From Sedimentisphaeraceae bacterium JB056 (GTDB lineage Bacteria > Planctomycetota > Phycisphaerae > Sedimentisphaerales > Sedimentisphaeraceae), in the NCBI GenBank assembly GCA_044440125.1, contig JBITAJ010000009.1, positions 1 through 64,000 of the forward strand: a stretch of DNA of 64,000 nucleotides, given 5' to 3'. Made by a program: the position numbers and the translations under genes. How positions within the stretch are numbered: the stretch's first letter is position 1; each line of letters starts with the position of its first letter. The notes beneath the pieces are model-generated. The model did not search any database. It was not told the origin of the DNA and saw nothing but the letters and a program-made list of their open reading frames with translations. Below, piece by piece: positions 59,801 through 64,000 of this stretch.

Positions 59801-61036
59801 TTACATTGATCTTTTTTCTGAAGGTTTATCGAGCTCGAAAGCATCACAGATAACTTCAAGAGCATTATCAGCCTGCTCCTTATCAATTATACAGCTTATC
59901 CTGATCTCACTTGTAGTAATTGAGTCAATATTGATCTTAGCATCTGCAAGAGCAGAGAACATAGTATTTGCAACACCACAATGTGTTCGCATACCAATAC
60001 CTACAATACTGACCTCAGCAATATCTTCACGAACGAAAATATCCTTGCAATCAAGCTCCGCTTTAAGAGACTTTATGGTCTTCTGAGCATCAGCCAATTC
60101 AGACTTAGCAACAGTAAACGAAAGGTTTGCAATCTTCTCATCAACCTCCGTTTGTATAATATCGTTAACACTTACCTTGGCTGCTCCAAGTTTTGCGAAT
60201 ATCATCGCCGCATTACCCGGATTATTTGCTATTCCAACAAGTGATATCTTCGCCAGGTCAGACTGTACGGTTGCACCTGATACTAAAATTCCTTCCATTT
60301 GTGGCACCTCGTGAGTGATTAATGTTCCTTCTTTTTCTTCGCTGCTGCTGCGAACATGTATAGCTACGTCATATTTCTTGCCGAACTCTATCGCACGCCC
60401 ATGCATTACTCCTGCACCAAGGCTTGCCATCTCAAGCATCTCATCGTAGCTTATTTGATCTATTTTAACGGCTTTTTTATATTTACGCGGATCTGTTGTA
60501 TAGACACCATCAACATCTGTAAATATTTCGCACTGCTCTGCTTCTACTGATGCCGCAAGAGCTACCGCACTTGTATCCGAGCCGCCTCTTCCGAGAGTCG
60601 TTATGTTTCCAAATTCATCAACTCCCTGGAAACCGGCAACGATAACGATATAACCCTCATCGAGCTTAGCTTTTATTACATCGCCGCCAATACTTTCAAT
60701 CCTTGCTTTACTATGAGAACTGTCGGTGATCATTTTCACCTGACCGCCTGTAAAGCTTATCGCCTTATAGCCCATATCATCAAGAGCCATTGCGATAAGA
60801 GAAACTGTCTGCTGCTCACCTGTACTGAGCAATTGATCCATTTCTCTTTTAGGTGGATTGGTGTTCAGTTCAAGAGCATCCGCTATCAAATGGTCGGTCT
60901 GCTTACCTCTTGCAGAGGCAACCATCACTACCTGATAGCCTTGCTCATACCTCTGTATTGCACGTTTTGCCGCACGACGTATCTTTTCTGCGTCCGCGAC
61001 AGAAGTGCCGCCAAATTTTTGAACAATTACTGCCAT
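59801..61036 (-). CDS. lysC: Aspartate kinase
   Basis: KFGGTSV, TLGRGGSD, TDVDG, two ACT domains. Confidence 0.97.
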   Translation of the reverse strand: MAVIVQKFGGTSVADAEKIRRAAKRAIQRYEQGYQVVMVASARGKQTDHLIADALELNTNPPKREMDQLLSTGEQQTVSLIAMALDDMGYKAISFTGGQVKMITDSSHSKARIESIGGDVIKAKLDEGYIVIVAGFQGVDEFGNITTLGRGGSDTSAVALAASVEAEQCEIFTDVDGVYTTDPRKYKKAVKIDQISYDEMLEMASLGAGVMHGRAIEFGKKYDVAIHVRSSSEEKEGTLITHEVPQMEGILVSGATVQSDLAKISLVGIANNPGNAAMIFAKLGAAKVSVNDIIQTEVDEKIANLSFTVAKSELADAQKTIKSLKAELDCKDIFVREDIAEVSIVGIGMRTHCGVANTMFSALADAKINIDSITTSEIRISCIIDKEQADNALEVICDAFELDKPSEKRSM

Positions 61037-61136
61037 TTTTATCCTTTTTATTATTTTAATCAGTGTTAATCAATCTGGCAGAGACTTAAACTAACCGTTA
61101 GCCAAACCTCAAACCACTAACTACTGATAACGATTC

Positions 61137-62324
61137 TTATCTTTTAACAAAATATTCCATCAGCTCATAGCCTTGTTTGATCACAAAACCTGATTCTTTA
61201 GCATTTTGTTCTGAGAAAGGCTTTTGCATTCTGGATTCAATCTCCGCACCTCCAATAACAACCGGAACCGGATCGCTTGTATGCCCCCTTGTAGCGACAG
61301 GCGTAGGATGATCAGGCATCACCATCATTCTCCAGTCACCATATTTTTCCAATTCCTCAATAAGCGGGCCTACAACTTTTGCATCTATCCTTTCCAAAGC
61401 CGTCTTTTTCAGCTCTGCATCACCGCTATGACCAGCTTCATCAGGCCCTTCAAGGTGAACAAAAACAAAATCATGATCCTTCAAAGCATCTATGGCTGCC
61501 TGAGTCTTACCTTCATAATTAGTATCGGCAAGACCTGTCGCCCCTTCAACCTCAATGACATCAAGACCAGTAAGTTTTGCTATGCCTCTTACAAGATCAA
61601 CAGCAGTTATCGCCGCTCCCTTAAGACCATATTTTGTCTCAAAAATCTCCATACTTGCCTTGGTTCCCTGCCCCCAAAGCCATATAGAGCTTACGGGATT
61701 TTCCCCAAGATCCTGCCTTACACGGTTGACATCACATTCTGCTATAAGTTCCTGAGAACGCTCCATCAGATCCTTGATAAAATCAGCACCTTCACCTTTT
61801 GGGAGAATATCCTCTACAGCAGAGCCAATCACATCATGAGGCGGTATTGTCTCAAGATCAAAATTTATTCCGCTTATAACGCACAGATGTCTATAGCTGA
61901 CACCGGGATAAAACGTAACATTTTCGCTGCCAAGATTAGCCTGAAGCAATTCAACTATCTGCCTGCCCTCTTCGGTCGAGATATGACCGGCGCTGTGATC
62001 TGCCATCTTGTCATCGGCAAAAGTCACTAAATTACACCTGAAGACAAACTGGTCCTCATCAAGCTCGATATCCTGAGCCACCGCTTCAATCGGTGCCCTG
62101 CCTGTATAAAACTGTTTAGGGTCATAACCGAGAAGCGTCATCTGTGCAACATCGCTGCCGGGAGTCATTCCCTCGGGAATGGTATGTACAAGAGCCAACC
62201 TGCCGTTCTCCGAAAGCTTATCAATGTTCGGTATATCTGCCGCTTCAATAACAGTCTTACCATCAAACATCTCTATCGGATCATCAGCCGCACCATCAGG
62301 CACTATTATAACATATTTTCTCAA
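61137..62324 (-). CDS. apgM: ApgM-like alkaline-phosphatase-superfamily mutase (proposed homoserine kinase family)
   Basis: DGAAD, PGSDVA, DEAGH, PDHPTP, H; TTGA overlap with hom. Confidence 0.88.
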   Translation of the reverse strand: MRKYVIIVPDGAADDPIEMFDGKTVIEAADIPNIDKLSENGRLALVHTIPEGMTPGSDVAQMTLLGYDPKQFYTGRAPIEAVAQDIELDEDQFVFRCNLVTFADDKMADHSAGHISTEEGRQIVELLQANLGSENVTFYPGVSYRHLCVISGINFDLETIPPHDVIGSAVEDILPKGEGADFIKDLMERSQELIAECDVNRVRQDLGENPVSSIWLWGQGTKASMEIFETKYGLKGAAITAVDLVRGIAKLTGLDVIEVEGATGLADTNYEGKTQAAIDALKDHDFVFVHLEGPDEAGHSGDAELKKTALERIDAKVVGPLIEELEKYGDWRMMVMPDHPTPVATRGHTSDPVPVVIGGAEIESRMQKPFSEQNAKESGFVIKQGYELMEYFVKR

Positions 62325-63640
62325 ACGTTATCCTCCGGTATATCAACTATCTGTATGCAAACCGGTTTATCAGCAACGATATCAAGCTTGCATATAGCAT
62401 CAATAGCATCCTCAACTTCTCTCTGAGTAGTAAAGTGAGTTGTCATCATCACAGGTACATAATTTTCAGGGGCTTGGCCTTCATGCTGCAATGCACCTGA
62501 AATACTTATATTGAATTTACCGAGAGTTTCGGCTATTTTAGCAAATACACCCGGCTTATCCAAAGCATTCAGTCTGATATAATATCTCGATGAAGCATCC
62601 TTTATATCGGCAAGTACCTTTTGTGCATCTTGCTTTGGCTTCATTACGATAGTATCAAACAAACGTTTTGAGTTTCCATTACCTATCTCGATAATATCAG
62701 CTACAACAGCACTTGCCGTAGGCATCATTCCGGCCCCGCGTCCATAGAACATAGTGTGTCCAACCGCATCGCCAAAAACACTTACGGCATTGAAAGGACC
62801 ACCTACCTGGGCAATCATCTCGTCATCAGCAATAAATGCAGGCACGACTCTCAGCCATATTCGGCCATCTTCACTCTTCTCTGCAATACCAAGAAGCTTG
62901 AGAGCATAACCCATTTCTTCGCCGCGTCTTATGTCATTTATCGATATACTTTCGATACCCTCTACATATACATCGTCGAATTCGATTTCATAACCGAATG
63001 CAATAGAGGCAAGAATAGCAAGCTTATGACCACTGTCACCGCCGTTTATATCAAGCGTTGGATCAGCTTCAGCATAACCCAAATCTTGTGCAGCTTTTAG
63101 GGCTACAGGGAAATCGGCTCCGCTTTTGGCCATACTCGTCAGTATATAATTACAGGTACCGTTCAAGATACCGTATATTTTCTCTATTCTATTAGCCGCA
63201 AGACCACTTCTCAGAGCAGAAACAACGGGTATACCGCCGGCACAACTTGCCTCAAAAGCGATACACTTGCCATTTTCCCGAGCTACTCTGTAAAGTTCTA
63301 TGCCATGCTTTGCAAGAAGTGCTTTATTCGCAGTTACAACATTCTTACCTTTATTTAAAAGATTTATTTGCAAGTCTTTAGCAAAAGTAGTACCGCCTAC
63401 AAGCTCAATAGCAACATCTATTTGCTCATCACCAAGTATCGCATCAAGATCGGATGTAAGCATTCCTTCAGGCAATGTAACAGGTCTTGGCGTCGTGGTA
63501 TCGAGATCGACAACCTTTGTCAACTCAATATCAACGCCTGTTTTCTCTTCAATTTCAGCTCTTTGCTCAAGCAGTATCTTAGCTACTCCGCTACCCACCG
63601 TACCAAAGCCTATTAGTCCGACTTTAACTTTTTTCGACAT
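62321..63640 (-). CDS. hom: Homoserine dehydrogenase with ACT domain
   Basis: GFGTVG, VVTANK, GGIP, NGT, GYAEADP, GRGAG. Confidence 0.97.
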   Translation of the reverse strand: MSKKVKVGLIGFGTVGSGVAKILLEQRAEIEEKTGVDIELTKVVDLDTTTPRPVTLPEGMLTSDLDAILGDEQIDVAIELVGGTTFAKDLQINLLNKGKNVVTANKALLAKHGIELYRVARENGKCIAFEASCAGGIPVVSALRSGLAANRIEKIYGILNGTCNYILTSMAKSGADFPVALKAAQDLGYAEADPTLDINGGDSGHKLAILASIAFGYEIEFDDVYVEGIESISINDIRRGEEMGYALKLLGIAEKSEDGRIWLRVVPAFIADDEMIAQVGGPFNAVSVFGDAVGHTMFYGRGAGMMPTASAVVADIIEIGNGNSKRLFDTIVMKPKQDAQKVLADIKDASSRYYIRLNALDKPGVFAKIAETLGKFNISISGALQHEGQAPENYVPVMMTTHFTTQREVEDAIDAICKLDIVADKPVCIQIVDIPEDNV

Positions 63641-64000
63641 AATTCTTTTAATTCCATTATCGAGGTATCAAATACCATTAAAACTCTTTTTATGCCCTAT
63701 TTTCAGCTTTCACCGAGCGCAAAACCGCTGATATAACAGAACACAGTATAAACCTCAGAGTTTATACAAATTTCGCAAATTATCAAGTTTTTTTAAATTT
63801 CTATAACAATGTAAGACTAAAAACCAAACCCATTTCAGACAAATGTTTATAGTTTTTCCAATCACTATATAATGATTTCCTTATACACTATCAAATTTCA
63901 GCTAAAATCAAGTTAAAATTTTGATAAATTGCAAGGTTTTTGCCCTGTAAACATTAAACCAGTACAAAACACAATTCAGTGATCAATCCAGGCATATCTG

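Noticed and set aside
63641..64000. AT-rich end region as origin or amino-acid riboswitch
   Set aside because: Only one-mismatch DnaA-like 9-mers, no lysine-riboswitch or T-box motif seen, and truncated by the window edge.

Overview
Bacterial chromosomal window. Gene content suggests Planctomycetota, probably Phycisphaerae/Sedimentisphaerales (inference): short PheT, DUF1559-like anti-sigma, GLUG proteins with dockerin-like C-termini, stand-alone dnaA. It begins with the 3' end of an IS66 element and a repeat-rich, decayed 4 kb region. Housekeeping genes follow (pheT, 6S RNA, gltX, ispD, ppk2, metK, dnaA, ftsW-murG, thpR, rluB-like, hom-apgM-lysC), mixed with three orphan sensor kinases, an ECF sigma/anti-sigma pair, an ABC exporter, two porins, an L,D-transpeptidase/vWA/ExbBD operon and a small polysaccharide cluster. 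The best candidate for an undescribed system is at 7808-10556: an orphan CheD glutamine deamidase sits directly upstream of a chemoreceptor-like hybrid histidine kinase. The kinase's post-HAMP helix carries seven tandem [AT]-x-x-Q-Q-x-x-A heptads, the chemoreceptor modification-site pattern in fully amidated form. Other points of note: an XRE-HTH-like insertion inside GluRS, a -1 frameshift on a slippery heptamer, a promoter-containing direct repeat bracketing an AT-rich gene, and inverted heptamer-repeat elements. No tRNA, rRNA or CRISPR array was recognised. All assignments are by eye from motifs; no searches were run.
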